Below, in pieces: positions 1 through 9,174 of a stretch of DNA of 64,000 nucleotides. The notes beneath the pieces were generated by a model. It was given only the letters and a program-made list of their open reading frames with translations. It had not been told where the DNA came from and did not search any database. Positions within the stretch are counted from its first letter, which is position 1. Each line of letters opens with the position of its first letter. Position numbers and translations under genes: made by a program. The DNA lies in the sequence record PV745554.1; one strand, given 5' to 3'.

Positions 1-97
1 CTTCCGCATGGCTCGTGTTCAGCAGGAACTCAAAGCCCGGATAGCTGATCTTGTCGACGACGTCGCGGATCGACTGCGGGGTGCGCATGTTCGCCAT
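1..97 (-). CDS. hypothetical protein (partial, runs off window)
   Basis: ATG at 97 overlaps the stop of the upstream gene; reads MANMRTPQSIRDVVDKISYPGFEF. Confidence 0.55.
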   Translation of the reverse strand, partial: MANMRTPQSIRDVVDKISYPGFEFLLNTSHAE

Positions 98-561
98 CAG
101 GGCCTCGACTTGATCAGTCGGCGCGGCTTGCGCCGGGGCGACTTGAAGGACATCAGCGGATAGCCACTACCCGCGTACACGGGTTCCGGCGGCGGGTCGG
201 GCAGGTCTTTTGGGCGCTCCAGCGTGAAGCCGTCCAGGTCGAGGTCGTAGATCGACAGGCGCTCGCTGTAGCCGTAGCGGTTGTTGGCGAAGGTGATCCC
301 GACATCGCCCATCGACGAGACCATGATCACCCGACAGGCCTTGCCGCCCTTGCGGCCGTAGAGGGCCGGCATGAAGCCCGCCTCCTCGATCGCCAGGGTC
401 TCGGTGGCGTTGCCGGCGTTGAGCGCCAGGAAGCCCCGGACGATGGCCGGCAGCTTGTAGTCGCAGATCGCCCGGCCGTTGCTGACCTCGTAGGGCATGC
501 CGATCTTGCCTTCGATCACCGCGCCCAGGATTTCGGCGTCCGACATCGTCTCAGCGGTCAT
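97..561 (-). CDS. hypothetical protein
   Basis: ORF trimmed to MTAETMSDAEILG; coupled to neighbours. Confidence 0.7.
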   Translation of the reverse strand: MTAETMSDAEILGAVIEGKIGMPYEVSNGRAICDYKLPAIVRGFLALNAGNATETLAIEEAGFMPALYGRKGGKACRVIMVSSMGDVGITFANNRYGYSERLSIYDLDLDGFTLERPKDLPDPPPEPVYAGSGYPLMSFKSPRRKPRRLIKSRP

Positions 562-808
562 AGGTGATCCTGTAGGGCAGGCCGCCGACGCAAATCTTGC
601 CCCGGAGCCCGCTGGCGGTGGTGAAGGAAAAGCCCTGGCGGCCTTTGGTCCCGGCGCAGCCGAACCAGCGGCGATGGAAGCTGACGATCTGAGAGCCGGT
701 GTCGCGCTCGACAAGCCGCCGGGCGTGGTTGCCTTCCCAGCCGAGCGCCATCATCCCGATCGTCAGGAAGAAAACGCCCAGCGCGAACGTAGCCCAGACG
801 GACCTCAC
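551..808 (-). CDS. small membrane/secreted protein
   Basis: N-terminal hydrophobic helix; overlapping start/stop with neighbours. Confidence 0.65.
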   Translation of the reverse strand: MRSVWATFALGVFFLTIGMMALGWEGNHARRLVERDTGSQIVSFHRRWFGCAGTKGRQGFSFTTASGLRGKICVGGLPYRITYDR

Positions 809-1185
809 GCGGCGACGAACCCGGCGATCACGTCGGCGACGACGCGGCGCTTCTCGACCGGCATGCTGGCCAGGGCCAGGATCGTGCCGGCGCCGATCTG
901 GGCGACGGCGCTTTCCAGGTCGGCGCGACCGTCGGTCATGAAGGTCGGATCATCGACCGGCGGATAGAAGCTCTCGATCGGCTGCTTGAGGAAGCGGGCC
1001 GCGTCGTAGAGCTTGGAGGACGAGATGCGGTTGTCGCCGCGCTCGTACTTCTGGACCTGCTGGAACGTGATGCCCAGGGCGTTGGCCAGATCGCCTTGCG
1101 AATAGCCGGCGGCCTTGCGGGTGTTGCGCAGCTTCTGACCGACGTACTTGTCGACCGGGTGCGGGGTCTTGTCTTCGTCAGCCAT
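805..1185 (-). CDS. XRE-family HTH transcription regulator, Caulobacter type
   Basis: PHPVDKYVGQKLRNTRKAAGYSQGDLANALGITFQQVQKYERGDNRISSSKL is the alphaproteobacterial XRE signature. Confidence 0.93.
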   Translation of the reverse strand: MADEDKTPHPVDKYVGQKLRNTRKAAGYSQGDLANALGITFQQVQKYERGDNRISSSKLYDAARFLKQPIESFYPPVDDPTFMTDGRADLESAVAQIGAGTILALASMPVEKRRVVADVIAGFVAA

Positions 1186-2161
1186 TGGCGGCTTCCTCCT
1201 TCTTTTGCTGGCGGGCCTTGCGGCGGTGCGTGTAGGCCGCGCGCAGGGCCTGGGTGGTGTCGTCGTGCGCGCCCAGGTCAATCCCATCGGGCGCGACGAC
1301 GCTGTTCTTCAGGCCGAACCGGTAGCCCTCGGCCTCCAGTTCGTAGAGCGCCTGCTCTTCGTGCATCTGGGCGAGGTGGCGGTAGTATTCCGCCAGGGCC
1401 AGTTCGTAGTCGCCCAGGAAGAGCCGCGCATTGCGCTCGGTCCCGGCGACCTCGGCGCGGAAGGTGAGCAGGAACCGACCAGGACCGACATGCGTCAGCT
1501 TGTAGCCGGTCTCGGCCAGGACCTCCTCGACGGTCTTGACGACCTCGTAGATGTGGAAGGTCCACACCGACTCGATGTGGGTGTCGTGGTAGAGGTACTC
1601 GTGCTCGGGCTTCTGCTCGCCGATGTAGGGACCCCACTTGTGGTAGCGCCAGCCGCCGCGATCGGGCTGGTGCTCGCGGCGCACCTCGACCATCGAGATG
1701 AAGTAGTTGGTGTCGGGGTCGTCGATCAAATCCGGGATCAGCGCCAGCAGTTGCTCGGGGCCGTCACAGACGCCGTAGCTGTCGATAGGCTCGGCGATGC
1801 GCTTGTAGCCCTCGGCCACCGGCGGCAGGTCCTCGTTCTCCAGGTCGCCGACGACCTCGATCTTGTACTTGTCGTGCAGGAGCTTGATGCGCGCCTCGCG
1901 GCGCTCACCATCGGCCTTGATCCAGGCGCGGAACGCATCGGTGCGCTCCTCCTCGGTCTGGCCGGCCTTGTACTCAGGCCCCCAGCGGCCCCACTTGTCC
2001 TCGATCTTCTCGACGATCTCGTACTCGGGGTTCCAGGAGCCGAGGGCGAAGACGCCCTGGGCCAGCCGCTTGGGAAAGCCCGAGCGCTTGGTGCTCTCGG
2101 CGATCATGCGGGCGATGGGATCGACGGCCGAGGCCGGGCGCGGGGTGATGTCGTAGAGCAT
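1178..2161 (-). CDS. hypothetical phage protein
   Basis: 327-aa ORF, phage-like codon use, GGWRYHKWGPYIG motif. Confidence 0.8.
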   Translation of the reverse strand: MLYDITPRPASAVDPIARMIAESTKRSGFPKRLAQGVFALGSWNPEYEIVEKIEDKWGRWGPEYKAGQTEEERTDAFRAWIKADGERREARIKLLHDKYKIEVVGDLENEDLPPVAEGYKRIAEPIDSYGVCDGPEQLLALIPDLIDDPDTNYFISMVEVRREHQPDRGGWRYHKWGPYIGEQKPEHEYLYHDTHIESVWTFHIYEVVKTVEEVLAETGYKLTHVGPGRFLLTFRAEVAGTERNARLFLGDYELALAEYYRHLAQMHEEQALYELEAEGYRFGLKNSVVAPDGIDLGAHDDTTQALRAAYTHRRKARQQKKEEAANG

Positions 2162-2460
2162 CAGGCGGTGCCCTGGGCGATTTCGTAGACGATCTTGGAG
2201 ATGCCGCCCAGGTCCACGGTGAAGCGGTCCTCCGAGCCGTCGAAGATGTACTTCCCGACGCAGCCGATCGGCAGCATCTTGCCGTTGTCCAGGTAGATGG
2301 CGTGCGGGGTGGCCTCGACCACGCCCCGGATCGCGCCCTGCTCCTCGGTTGGCGCCATGTCGACGAAGGTATCCTTCGCGCCCTTGATGCGGACCACCGC
2401 CACGCGCAGACGCGCGCCGGGCTGGTTGAGCTTGGTGATCAGGTCTTGAACGGTCTGCAC
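2161..2460 (-). CDS. hypothetical protein
   Basis: GTG start after AGGAG, downstream of a promoter cassette. Confidence 0.75.
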   Translation of the reverse strand: MQTVQDLITKLNQPGARLRVAVVRIKGAKDTFVDMAPTEEQGAIRGVVEATPHAIYLDNGKMLPIGCVGKYIFDGSEDRFTVDLGGISKIVYEIAQGTA

Positions 2461-2465
2461 GGGAA

Positions 2466-2533
2466 CTCCTCTATGTCGTCGTCTCGACCCTTCTAGGTGG
2501 AGGTTCCCGTTCTGTCAACACACAACCGCCAAC
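2466..2533 (-). promoter_or_regulatory. sigma70 promoter cassette (leftward copy)
   Basis: Minus strand reads GTTGGCGGTTGTGTG-TTGACA-N17-TAGAAG...GACGACATAG-AGGAG-GTG. Confidence 0.8.
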
Positions 2534-2538
2534 GAGGC

Positions 2539-2571
2539 AAAAAGAAACCGCCGACCCGAAGGCCGGCGGTT
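2539..2571 (-). terminator. Rho-independent terminator
   Basis: Minus strand CCGCCGGCC-TTCG-GGTCGGCGG then TTTCTTTTT. Confidence 0.85.
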
Positions 2572-2591
2572 GGGAGGTGTGGGCTCGGGAA

Positions 2592-4451
2592 CTAGACGTC
2601 GAGGATGAAGAAGCGCTCGCTGGACGGGCCGTCGACCTCGACGATGAAGCCCGCCTCCAGCAGCGCCTCGATCGCCTTGCCGGTGTGGTAGAGCGACAGG
2701 TCGGACGCTTCGCTGATCCGGGCCAGCGAGAAGCCGACGTTCTGACCAACCTTGAGGTCTTGCAGCGACAGTTCGTTCAGGGTGGTGATCACCGCCCCGG
2801 CCGGGGCCAGTTCATACGCGCCTTCGAAGTCGCGATCCTCCGACAGACGCACGAGGCCTTCCTGCTCGATATTGTCGAGCAGCGAGGCCAGGAACTCGGG
2901 ATCGACGAAGCCGACGTGGCTGCGGATTTCGCTCAGGTAGGCCGGGCCGTCGACGTCGACGGCGTTGAGGACCGCCAGCAGGGCGATGCCCGGCATGACC
3001 GCCACGACTTGCTCGGCCTTCTCCTCCTCGGAGATGTCGATCGGCACGCCCCCGCCGTTCGACAGAGGCACGATGGCTTCGTCCGGATGCAGGAGGATGA
3101 AGTCCTTGATCGCCCGCAGCGCCGCCAGGAAATGGTCCTTGGGGATTTCGTCGAGCTTGAAGGTGATGCGATCGTCGATGCCCATGGGATAGAGCGCCCG
3201 CAGATTGGCGACGATGTCCTCGGGCCACGCGGCGAGCACCGTGTCCCAGAGAACCTTGGGCATCTGGAAGGCCCCGAAAGACAGGAACTGGTCGGGGGTG
3301 GCGGCTTCGACCGCAGCGATGGACTCGTCGATGCTGGCGGGCGTGTAGCCGCCCACGACGCCGTTTTGCGTCGCGTGGAGCACCTCGGCGGCTTCCTCGG
3401 CGCTCAGCCCCGTGATGACCTTTTCCACGCCCTCCTCGGGCTCCTGGAGCGGCTCCAGGGTCTTGAGGCGATCGCTCAGGCCCTGGATCGACTCGTAGGC
3501 GTCAGTCGTGTCGACGGCGAGCTTCAGGGTCAGGCGCTCGGGGCGGGCGCTGAACTCCTCGCCCGTGATGGTGTAGACGCCCTCGCGCTCCAGGATTTCC
3601 AGGTTCAGGAAGCGCCCCGTGTCGTTGAGGGCGCGGAAGCGCGCGTAGAGCATGTCCTGCTCAGTCAGATCGGTGAAGATGCCCTTGTCGAGCGCGAACA
3701 GCAGTTCGCTGCTGGAGAGGGTCTGCTCGCCCATGCCGGAGACCTCCTCGGGCTGGTCCTTCGTGAACCTCAGGCCCGGCCCGGTGGTCTCGGTTTCTTG
3801 AGGGATGATGGGGTCTTCGATCACGGGGGCTTTCTCCTTGAAAACGATGGAGGTCAGTTCGCTCAGCGAGACCGACCAGTTGGTGTCGACCTGGGCGGCG
3901 TAGCGGCCCGACATGGGGTTCCAGGCGACCTTGCCGATCTCGCCGCTGACCATCTTGTCCTCCCAGGCCGAGCGGAACATCACGTCGGCGCCGCCGAAGT
4001 AGTCCGTCAGGTGGCCCGCGAAGGTCTCGATGTCCTCGCGGGACGCCGGGCGCACCTCGCGCAGCGGGTAGGAATGGTGGACGCCGGGGCGCGCGTCTTC
4101 GATCTCGACGAAGATCGGCCCGTGGTCGGTGTGGAAGCGCTCGGTGTAGCCGATCATCTCGCCTTGCGGGGTCATGACCATCACCGGCAGGGCCGAGAAC
4201 TTGTGGTTCAGGCGGTCCACGTAGTCGCTGGGATAGGCGGTGGTGGTGTAGATGAGGTTGTCGCCCCGGCGCACGCCGCTGTAGTCGACGACGCAGAGCG
4301 GCGTGGCCACCGCACCGCTCGGGAAGCGCGGCCGATCAACGAACACTTGCCCGTCCGCCACCGGCGGGGAGACGCCGTGAACGTAGGGGACCACCTCGCT
4401 GTAGGTGGCGATCCAGGCGGGCTTGACCCGGTCAAGGAAGGTTTCGGTCAA
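2592..4451 (-). CDS. large hypothetical protein with two C-terminal winged-helix-like repeats
   Basis: 619 aa; LLDNIEQEGLVRL and AIEALLEAGFIVEV helix-wing motifs. Confidence 0.8.
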   Translation of the reverse strand: MTETFLDRVKPAWIATYSEVVPYVHGVSPPVADGQVFVDRPRFPSGAVATPLCVVDYSGVRRGDNLIYTTTAYPSDYVDRLNHKFSALPVMVMTPQGEMIGYTERFHTDHGPIFVEIEDARPGVHHSYPLREVRPASREDIETFAGHLTDYFGGADVMFRSAWEDKMVSGEIGKVAWNPMSGRYAAQVDTNWSVSLSELTSIVFKEKAPVIEDPIIPQETETTGPGLRFTKDQPEEVSGMGEQTLSSSELLFALDKGIFTDLTEQDMLYARFRALNDTGRFLNLEILEREGVYTITGEEFSARPERLTLKLAVDTTDAYESIQGLSDRLKTLEPLQEPEEGVEKVITGLSAEEAAEVLHATQNGVVGGYTPASIDESIAAVEAATPDQFLSFGAFQMPKVLWDTVLAAWPEDIVANLRALYPMGIDDRITFKLDEIPKDHFLAALRAIKDFILLHPDEAIVPLSNGGGVPIDISEEEKAEQVVAVMPGIALLAVLNAVDVDGPAYLSEIRSHVGFVDPEFLASLLDNIEQEGLVRLSEDRDFEGAYELAPAGAVITTLNELSLQDLKVGQNVGFSLARISEASDLSLYHTGKAIEALLEAGFIVEVDGPSSERFFILDV

Positions 4452-4460
4452 GGCGGTCCC

Positions 4461-4925
4461 CTATTCGTTTGGAATGACGGACGCCGGGGCGTCCAGGTCG
4501 AAATTCTCGCCCTCATCGGTGAGGGCGAAGGTGGCGTAGCCGTCAGGGCTCTTGACCATGGTCAGCAGCTTGATCAGGCCGTGCTTCTCCAGCGCCTGGG
4601 CGGCGGGATAGTCGGCGTGCTTGTAGAAGACGTTGAGTTGCCCGCCTCGGCCCAGGATGCGCACGCTGCGCAGCAGCATGGCCTCCTGTTCGCTCAGCCC
4701 CAGCGCGCCCTTGATCCGCACGCGGGCGAGATGGACGTCGATCACGTGCGTCTGGCCCTGGTGCTCGAACTCGATGATCGCCAGCGGGCCGAACGATCCG
4801 TTGGTCACCGCCAGGACGACGCCCTCGAACTCGGTCGTTTTCCGCGCCGTGATGGGCACATAGTAGTCGAAGAAGACCGTCTTGCCCTTCATCACGTGGT
4901 GGGCCTGGGGCGCGACCGTGCTCAT
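4461..4925 (-). CDS. hypothetical protein, C-terminal winged-helix-like
   Basis: 154 aa; AAQALEKHGLIK...FALTDEG. Confidence 0.75.
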   Translation of the reverse strand: MSTVAPQAHHVMKGKTVFFDYYVPITARKTTEFEGVVLAVTNGSFGPLAIIEFEHQGQTHVIDVHLARVRIKGALGLSEQEAMLLRSVRILGRGGQLNVFYKHADYPAAQALEKHGLIKLLTMVKSPDGYATFALTDEGENFDLDAPASVIPNE

Positions 4926-5173
4926 GCCGTGGGGTCCTTCTTGCGGGCGGTGTAGTGGAACTCGTCGTGCATGCGCCCGTCCAGGGTGACCTCGTAGCCG
5001 GGACCCAGTTCAGCCAGGATGCGCGCCTCGATCTCGGAGAAGTCGATGTTGGCCATTGCGCGCTCGGCCGCCACCGCCTGCTCCAGGAAGCTGCTCCTGA
5101 TCTTGGCGCCGGCCTCGGTGCGGATCGGGATGTTCTGGATGGGCGGCTCGGACTTGGACAGACGCTCGCTCAT
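4922..5173 (-). CDS. small hypothetical protein with PolA motif-A-like peptide
   Basis: Start MSERLSK coupled to the gcrA stop; contains IDFSEIEARILAEL. Confidence 0.65.
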   Translation of the reverse strand: MSERLSKSEPPIQNIPIRTEAGAKIRSSFLEQAVAAERAMANIDFSEIEARILAELGPGYEVTLDGRMHDEFHYTARKKDPTA

Positions 5174-5721
5174 CAGGCCCTCTTGATCTTGCCGACGTGC
5201 GAGGGGCGCGTGGCGGCCTTGTAGACGAACGGGCGATAGGCCACGCGGTGGTGCTCGATGCAGTAGACGCCCTGCTCGGTGCGGCACCCGCAATGGCCGA
5301 AGTTCTGGTCGGTCGGATCGCCGTAGGGCCAGCGGCACATGCCGCGCGTCAGCTTCAGCGTCGGGACCACGGTCTCGGGGCGCACCGGGATCGGAGCCTG
5401 ACCCTCGGGGACCAGTTCGATCTTCGGCTTCGACGGCTTCTCGGCCTTGGGCTTGGTGACCTTCTTGGGCTTGGCGACCTTGACCTTCTTGATCTGGATG
5501 CCGTAGCCGCGCGTCTTCTTGCGGCGCTCCTGGAGCGGCAGGACCTTCTCGCCCAGTTCGCCCTTCTGGCGCAGGCGATCGCCCATGCCGCAGACGGCGC
5601 TCTTGCTGCGCGGCTCGCTCAGCATTTCCCCGATCTGCTTGGTCCCGACAGGCTCTGCCCAGAGCTTCTTCAGCAGGGCGATGTCCTCGGCCAGCCAATC
5701 CGACTTACGCTTCTTCACCAC
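5173..5721 (-). CDS. gcrA: GcrA-like cell-cycle transcription regulator
   Basis: N-terminal W...LKKLWAE...QIGEML...SKSAVCG HTH; C-terminal LTRGMCRWPYGDP...FGHCG...YCIEH. Confidence 0.92.
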   Translation of the reverse strand: MVKKRKSDWLAEDIALLKKLWAEPVGTKQIGEMLSEPRSKSAVCGMGDRLRQKGELGEKVLPLQERRKKTRGYGIQIKKVKVAKPKKVTKPKAEKPSKPKIELVPEGQAPIPVRPETVVPTLKLTRGMCRWPYGDPTDQNFGHCGCRTEQGVYCIEHHRVAYRPFVYKAATRPSHVGKIKRA

Positions 5722-5729
5722 CTTGTACG

Positions 5730-5915
5730 CTACTCCTGTTCTGCTTTGGCGGGACGCCGGCTTCTGGACTGACGCGGGACGAACACCAGGGCGACGGTCG
5801 AGCCGCCGGTGTACTTGGTGCGGCGGCTATAGAGCCAACCGCCCTCGATTTCCAGGCGCTCGGTCACCTGACCATCGCCCTCGTCGATCTTTTCCCATTT
5901 CGTCTTCTTGGCCAT
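5730..5915 (-). CDS. hypothetical protein
   Basis: 61 aa, ATG after GAGGAG. Confidence 0.75.
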   Translation of the reverse strand: MAKKTKWEKIDEGDGQVTERLEIEGGWLYSRRTKYTGGSTVALVFVPRQSRSRRPAKAEQE

Positions 5916-5938
5916 GACGCTCCTCGAATTTCGCCGGC

Positions 5939-5967
5939 ACCCTAGAGGAGCGCCGATGTGTTGACAA
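5939..5967 (-). promoter_or_regulatory. leftward sigma70-type promoter of the divergent switch
   Basis: Minus strand TTGTCA-N17-TAGGGT upstream of the leftward operon. Confidence 0.55.
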
Positions 5968-5994
5968 GCGCCAAATGGCTCTGGCTGGCGAGTG

Positions 5995-6052
5995 TTGACA
6001 AGGCGGCGGTGGTCCCTTAGAAGGGCGGCGACGACAACGAAAGGAGGCGCTG
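5995..6052 (+). promoter_or_regulatory. sigma70 promoter cassette
   Basis: TTGACA-N17-TAGAAG, GACGACAACG leader, AGGAGG. Confidence 0.85.
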
Positions 6053-6352
6053 ATGCGCTACGTTCTGGAGTACATGGACTGCGACGACCAGATCGTCCAG
6101 GTCGACTTCGAAGCCCCCACCCGCGCCTCGGCGATCGCCAAGGCCAAGCGCCTCTTCGTGAAGGCGGTCGAGGCCAGCGGCCGGTCGATCTTCACCGGCT
6201 ACATGTTTGAGGACCACTCGATCACCATGAAGGTGAAGCTGGTCCCGTTCGGCACCCTGAGCCGCTACCTGGGCCTGGGCAAGGTCACCGCCGCCAACAT
6301 CTCGTTCGACGACCGCGACGCCAAGATCGCCCGCCAGGACATGGCCGCATGA
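6053..6352 (+). CDS. hypothetical protein
   Basis: ATG after AGGAGG. Confidence 0.8.
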   Translation: MRYVLEYMDCDDQIVQVDFEAPTRASAIAKAKRLFVKAVEASGRSIFTGYMFEDHSITMKVKLVPFGTLSRYLGLGKVTAANISFDDRDAKIARQDMAA

Positions 6353-6561
6353 TCCGGATCGAGGACGTTCAGCCCGGCTTCATCTATCGCGGGGGCAAGA
6401 GCGGCGCGCTGCGCCAAGTGGTCAGCTACGGCGCCAATGAGAGCTTCGTCTGCTGGGCCAACCCGCACGATCGCCTGCCCTATGGCGGCTTCCTGAACAC
6501 CACCTGCACCAGCCGGGCGTCGTTCGCTCGCTGGGCCGACAAGATCGAGGAAGAGGTTTGA
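6349..6561 (+). CDS. hypothetical protein
   Basis: ATGA overlap coupling. Confidence 0.75.
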   Translation: MIRIEDVQPGFIYRGGKSGALRQVVSYGANESFVCWANPHDRLPYGGFLNTTCTSRASFARWADKIEEEV

Positions 6562-6845
6562 TCACCACCTTCCTGCGCTGCACCCATCGCGACGAGGCCG
6601 GCCGCCGTTACCTGGAGTTCCGCGAGCCCGACCTCGTCCAGCGCCTCTATGTCCGCAAGCCGCAGACCGAATGGGAAGAAGGCTTCCCGATCATCCTGGA
6701 GGACTTCTACAACGGCTCCTCTGGCGGCAAGACCCTGTACCGCGCCGGCAAGACCCAGGGCCTGGGGATCAGCGCGTTCTTCCGCGCCTTCCCCGAGGTC
6801 TTCAGCCTGATCGTCCTGCCTCAGGAGGTGCTCGATGCCGCGTAA
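6558..6845 (+). CDS. hypothetical protein
   Basis: TTG start overlapping the upstream stop. Confidence 0.7.
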   Translation: MITTFLRCTHRDEAGRRYLEFREPDLVQRLYVRKPQTEWEEGFPIILEDFYNGSSGGKTLYRAGKTQGLGISAFFRAFPEVFSLIVLPQEVLDAA

Positions 6846-7098
6846 GAAACGCCCCGACCTGCCCGTCACCGTCGCCGACCTCAAGGCGTACCTGGACAAG
6901 TTCCCGGACGACATGAAGGTCGGCATCCGCAGCGGCGGTGGTCGCTTCACCGGCTTCACCGAGGTCGAGGTGTACAACCTCACCACCTATGGCTCGGCGA
7001 GCGATCGCCTGACCATGGAGACCTCGCGTGGGGCCACCATCTTTAAAGGCTACAAGGGTAAGATTTCCGCGCCCTTCGACGCCCTCATTTTCGACTAG
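6835..7098 (+). CDS. hypothetical protein
   Basis: ATG after GGAGG. Confidence 0.75.
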   Translation: MPRKKRPDLPVTVADLKAYLDKFPDDMKVGIRSGGGRFTGFTEVEVYNLTTYGSASDRLTMETSRGATIFKGYKGKISAPFDALIFD

Positions 7099-7106
7099 GA
7101 GGGACC

Positions 7107-7361
7107 ATGAGCAACCGCGTTTGGATCGAACTGGAAAAGCCCAAGACGGCCGAGGAGGGCAAGGCGCGCGCCGCGCTGCTCTGCAAGATGCTCGCCCGCC
7201 TGGGCGTCGAGTACGGCCGCTATCCCGCCGTCTTCTGGAGCGAGCGCGACGGCAACTACGCCTTCACCCTCGACGGCGCCGGCAGCTACGCCGTCTGCGA
7301 GGGGGCCGACCCCGGTCACTGGTACAACCTGGACTACATCGTCGAGGCGTTCGAGGCGTGA
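7107..7361 (+). CDS. hypothetical protein
   Basis: ATG after GGAGGG. Confidence 0.8.
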   Translation: MSNRVWIELEKPKTAEEGKARAALLCKMLARLGVEYGRYPAVFWSERDGNYAFTLDGAGSYAVCEGADPGHWYNLDYIVEAFEA

Positions 7362-7756
7362 CCCAGGACACCTTCCCGCCGATCCGCCCCCGCGACGCCA
7401 GGGACGAGGAAGTCCATGGCTTCGTCGTCCGCTACGGCTGGTTCTGGAACGTGACCCTGCTCAACGGCACGATCCTGGCCTTCGATCCCGACGACGTCGA
7501 CCCCTGCCGCTACGGCGTCACCGACAAGGACGCCTTCCGCAACCTCGCCGGCCCGGTCGAGACCATCGTCTCCTACGAGTGCGTCCAGGGCTGGCACGCC
7601 AAGGCCAAGCACCTGTCGGGCTGGACCGAGAAGCATGACGACCGGCTCGAAGCCCTGCGCACGGCCTACCGGCGCCTGGAGGAGCAGCGCGAACGCAACA
7701 GCCGGGCGCTCGAAGAGCACGGCGGCATCTTCCAGTTCCTGGAGAAGCAGGACTGA
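7358..7756 (+). CDS. hypothetical protein
   Basis: GTGA overlap; trimmed from a longer ORF. Confidence 0.7.
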   Translation: MTQDTFPPIRPRDARDEEVHGFVVRYGWFWNVTLLNGTILAFDPDDVDPCRYGVTDKDAFRNLAGPVETIVSYECVQGWHAKAKHLSGWTEKHDDRLEALRTAYRRLEEQRERNSRALEEHGGIFQFLEKQD

Positions 7757-7757
7757 C

Positions 7758-7946
7758 GTGACCAACGAGGAGATCACCTTCGCGGGCCTGATCAAGGCCA
7801 TGGAGGACGCCCGCCGTGAAGCCCGCGCGGTGGGCGATCTCCTCAAGGCCGCCGAGATCGACGGCTGGTTCAAGGAGCACGCCCGGATCATCCGGGTGAT
7901 CCGCGACAAGGCCGAGGCCGAAGAATTCGACAATCCGTTGGCGTGA
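7758..7946 (+). CDS. hypothetical protein
   Basis: GTG start, typical codon use. Confidence 0.65.
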   Translation: MTNEEITFAGLIKAMEDARREARAVGDLLKAAEIDGWFKEHARIIRVIRDKAEAEEFDNPLA

Positions 7947-8010
7947 GAGTGTTGACAGTCTCGCCGCGCCCGGCTACAAGCCTCCTCGACGACAACGCAA
8001 GGAGCCTGTC
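7937..8010 (+). promoter_or_regulatory. sigma70 promoter cassette with upstream 18-bp element
   Basis: GTTGGCGTGAGAGTG-TTGACA-N17-TACAAG, GACGACAACG, AAGGAG. Confidence 0.85.
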
Positions 8011-9174
8011 TTGACCGATTTCCCGATCATCCGCGCCGCCATCGAAGGCCGCCGCGCCGCTGGTTTCGACACCGTCCTGGCCAACGCCGACGCCTTCGCT
8101 GCCGAGGGCGTGCTGATCAAGGCCGAGTTCGAGGACATCAAGGGCGTCTTCAGCCGCTGCCTCTCCGACGCCTGGGAAGTCGTGCGCAAGCGCCACTTCT
8201 TCATCGACCACGCCCTGCGCTCCAAGGAAGTCGAGGACCTCTTCTGGAGCTTCTCGATCCCCTACCCGCACGTCATGCCGGGCTTCCTGAAGAAGACCCT
8301 GGCGGCCAAGAACATCCCGGCCAACGTCCGCGAAGACCTCGTGGCCCTGTTCAACGAGGGCATCGCCCTCAACGACAAGCTGGTGGCGCTCAAGCCTCTG
8401 ATCGGCAAGCGCGCGCCCAAGAAGACCAAGGTCGAGATCGAGCGCGAGGGCAAGGAACGCACCTGCCAAATCTGCGGTCGCGGCATCCTGGCCGAGGGCG
8501 GCATCATCGCCCACCACGGCTACACCCGCCCCTACGAGGGCTGGCAGACCGCCTCCTGCTCTGGCGCCCGCGAGGTTCCGTTCGAACTGAGCCGCGACGA
8601 ACTGGGCAAAGAGATCGCCGCCCTGAAGGCGTGGCGCGTGCGCAAGGTGAACGAGCGCGCGGCGATCGAAGCCGAGACCGTCAAGCTGATCCTGAAGTAT
8701 CAGGTCTCCGAGCAGGACCCGCGCAAGGCGCAGGGCTTCAAGCTGACCGTCGATCGCCAGATCGAAGTCACCCGCGACACCTTCGAGGCCCTGAAGGTCT
8801 CCACGCCCGAGGCCTTCTCGGGCAAGTACAACCCCCGCAAGGAGGGCAAGTACACCTACGAGGCCCTGACCTTCGACGGCCTGAAAGAGCAGGCCCTGGG
8901 CATGGTCGACATCGAGATCGGCCGCCTGGACAACGACATCCTGCGCCAGCAGGCCCGCTATGACGCCTGGAGCCAGAAGGCGATCTTCGCCAAGGGCCGC
9001 TATTGGTTCATCGGTGATGAGGTCCAGACCGCCGACGGCGCGGTGGGCAGCATCAAGGGCTTCTACCAGCACTATCCGCCGCAGCCGGGCGACGTCGCGG
9101 GCGGCGTGCGTCTCGGGGCCGAGACCAGCGGTTTCGTCTCCTGGAACGTCGAGAGCCTGGAGCCGGTGGCCTGA
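8011..9174 (+). CDS. hypothetical protein with putative Zn-binding motif
   Basis: 387 aa; CQICGR...AHHGYTRP...WQTASC. Confidence 0.8.
   Translation: MTDFPIIRAAIEGRRAAGFDTVLANADAFAAEGVLIKAEFEDIKGVFSRCLSDAWEVVRKRHFFIDHALRSKEVEDLFWSFSIPYPHVMPGFLKKTLAAKNIPANVREDLVALFNEGIALNDKLVALKPLIGKRAPKKTKVEIEREGKERTCQICGRGILAEGGIIAHHGYTRPYEGWQTASCSGAREVPFELSRDELGKEIAALKAWRVRKVNERAAIEAETVKLILKYQVSEQDPRKAQGFKLTVDRQIEVTRDTFEALKVSTPEAFSGKYNPRKEGKYTYEALTFDGLKEQALGMVDIEIGRLDNDILRQQARYDAWSQKAIFAKGRYWFIGDEVQTADGAVGSIKGFYQHYPPQPGDVAGGVRLGAETSGFVSWNVESLEPVA

Noticed and set aside
2577-4955. 792-aa plus-strand ORF and similar long antisense ORFs (11660-12835, 25199-28024, 45647-46948, 51101-52666)
   Set aside because: They shadow real genes on the opposite strand. 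Such stop-free antisense frames are expected in high-GC DNA, and they lack RBSs and recognisable motifs.
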